Part shown: one piece after another, positions 62,101 through 64,000 of the stretch
Numbering within the stretch: the first letter of the stretch is position 1
How the letters are laid out: each line of letters starts with the position of its first letter
Assembly (NCBI GenBank): GCA_963752595.1
Contig: CAVVYZ010000008.1
Coordinates: 11,269-75,268 of the forward strand
DNA length: 64,000 nucleotides
From: an uncultured delta proteobacterium
Lineage (GTDB): Bacteria > Desulfobacterota > Desulfomonilia > UBA1062
Direction: 5' to 3'
Translations under genes and position numbers: made by a program
The notes under the pieces: generated by a model
What the model was told of the DNA's origin: nothing
The model's input: the letters and a program-made list of their open reading frames with translations, nothing else
Databases searched by the model: none

Positions 62101-64000
62101 GTTTGCCTCGCCGGCTGTCGCGTGGTGGATCAGCAGACCGTTCGCCCGCCCGGAGGATATATTGAGCACTGATCAGACCATCTTTCTCCGGAAGATATCC
62201 CGAAAGACCTGGGCATTTTTCGAAACATTCGTGGCCCCGGAGGATAATTGGCTGCCGCCTGACAGTTATCAGGAGAATCGCGGTGATCCGTTTGCACATC
62301 GCACATCGCCGACCAACATGGGACTTTCACTTCTTGCAAACATGTCCGCATACGACTTCGGCTATATCCCCGTCGGACAAGTCCTCAAGCGCACAGCGAA
62401 CGCAATCCGGACGATGGAAGCCTTGGAACGCTACCAGGGCCACTTCTACAACTGGTACGACACGCAGTCCCTGAAGCCGCTGCCGCCACGGTACATCTCG
62501 TCGGTGGACAGCGGGAACCTCGGGGCTCACCTGCTGACATTGCGTTCGGGCCTGCTCGCGCTTCCCGATCACAAAATAGTCAATCCGCGCTTGTTTGAGG
62601 GGTTAATCGACATACTCGGGGTCTTACTGGAGGCTGCAGAGGAAGATGCTACAGATGCGTTCACAGGGTTTCAGAATGAGCTGGCCTCCGCAACCATTTC
62701 CTGGCCAACTACGCTCTCAGCGGTACGGCTTTCATCGAAAGACTGACGACGTCCGCCGAGGATCTGGTCTGCTCGCTGAGCTGACGGCCCGGAGGGCGAA
62801 GCGAACTGGTGGGCAACAGCCATGGCCCGGCAATGCCGCAGCGCGTTGGATGAACTGAACTTTCTCGCCCCGTGGACAGCGCTTCCGGCCGTTCCCGGCA
62901 AGCTCGGTGATTTCAAGATTATCGGGGAAATCCCAACGCTTTCCGAACTGGCAAGACTCGATAAGGAGTTGCTGCCGGCAATCAGCCATCCACGAGCAGG
63001 CGGACACGACACCCGAGGAAATAGAGTGGCTTATAAGCTTCGGGATTCCATGAGTGAAGCAAGCCGGCGCGCACAGGAGAGAATAGCAGCGATCGCAGGC
63101 CTTGCCCGGCAATTAAACGAACTGGCCGACATGGAGTCTGGCTTCCTGTACGACAAGGCGCGCCATCTGCTCTCGATCGGGTACAACGTCGAGGAGGACC
63201 GACGGGATTCGGGCTTCTACGACCTGCTGGCGTCGGAGGCGCGGCTGTGCATGTTTCGTGGCCATAGCTCAGGGACAGATGCCCCAGGAGTACTGGTTCG
63301 CCCTGGGCCGCCTTCTCACAAATGCGGCGGAGATCCGGTTCTGCTCTCCTGGGGCGGCTCAATGTTCGAGTACCTCATGCCGCTTCTGGTCATGCCGACC
63401 TACGAAAACACCCTGCTCGACCGGACCTACAAGGCGGCCGTGAGCGGCAGATCGAGTACGGGAAGCAGCGCGGGGTCCCGTGGGGTATTTCGGAATCCGG
63501 ATACAACATGGTCGACGTCCATCTGAACTACCAGTACCGGGCCTTCGGCGTACCCGGCCTGGGGCTCAAGCGCGGACTGGCCGAGGACCTCGTCATTGCC
63601 CCGTATGCCACGGTCCTGGCGCTGATGGTGGCGCCCGAGGCGGCATGCCTGAATCTGCAGCGATCGCCAGCGAGGGGTTTCCGGGAAGATTCGGCCTTTA
63701 CGAAGCAATCGACTACACGCCTTCCCGTCAGACGCGCGGGCAAGCGAATGCCGTGGTCAAGTCCTTCATGTCGCACCACCAGGGCATGAGCCTCCTGGCC
63801 CTGGCCTATGCCCTTCTGGACCGTCCGATGCAGCAGCGGTTCAAGTCGGATCCGCTTTTCCAGGCCACAACGTTTGCTGCTTGAGGAGCGTGTTCCCAAG
63901 GCAACGGCGTTCTATTCGCAGACCACAGAGCTCTCCGATTTCCACGCACGATTCCCGTCGGCCCGGAGACTCCGGTACGTATTTTCAACAGCCCGGACAC
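59140..64000 (+). CDS. ndvB: Cyclic beta-1,2-glucan synthase (Cgs/NdvB/ChvB), frameshifted, continues past the window end
   Basis: EWLLDN, ELWAIP, MDFATRDRYR, ERKRGKL, TLDTDT, GKGIYD, SHDLVEG, RWIRGDWQ, HRTSPTNMG, GHFYNWY, SSVDSGN, YDLLASEAR, SMFEYLMP, PWGISES, YQYRAFGVPGLG, MSHHQGM. Confidence 0.95.

Noticed and set aside
2816-64000. Mass pseudogenisation or programmed frameshifting (mfd, surA, yraN, nadE, fadD, lptF, tmk, cgs and others)
   Set aside because: The breaks are single-base indels, several in homopolymers, and they hit normally essential genes. Long-read consensus error is the simpler explanation; I saw no consistent slippery-site plus structure pattern.

Overview
Bacterial chromosomal window, about 55% GC by eye. 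Gene content suggests an anaerobic Gram-negative organism, probably Desulfobacterota/Syntrophia-like; this is inferred from class III RNR, PPDK, LptFG, PAS hybrid kinases and an exosortase-type EPS module. In order: a TetR-divergent catabolic cluster (1-6.8 kb); tilS-mfd-surA-uvrA; two orphan ABC substrate-binding paralogues; an aminotransferase/kinase-like pair; the rpsP-khpA-rimM-trmD-rplS-rnhB-yraN operon; an ACP/acyl-ligase/amidotransferase/NadE/deacetylase module; fadD; nrdD and nrdG interleaved with two-component genes; moxR-DUF58-transglutaminase; lptFG; ppdK-tmk; a nest of IS elements (intact IS21 with a 5-bp target duplication inside an IS4 remnant, next to an IS1182 remnant); and the 5' part of a cyclic beta-1,2-glucan synthase. 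Many genes, including normally essential ones (tmk, lptF), are split by single-base indels, most likely long-read consensus errors rather than pseudogenes. The most unusual sequence-level signals are at the tilS-mfd junction: a 97-bp inverted copy of the mfd Walker-B region upstream of mfd, and an 85-bp diverged 5' segment shared by tilS and mfd. I recognised no rRNA, tRNA, CRISPR array, reverse transcriptase or prophage. Family assignments come from motif recognition, not database searches.
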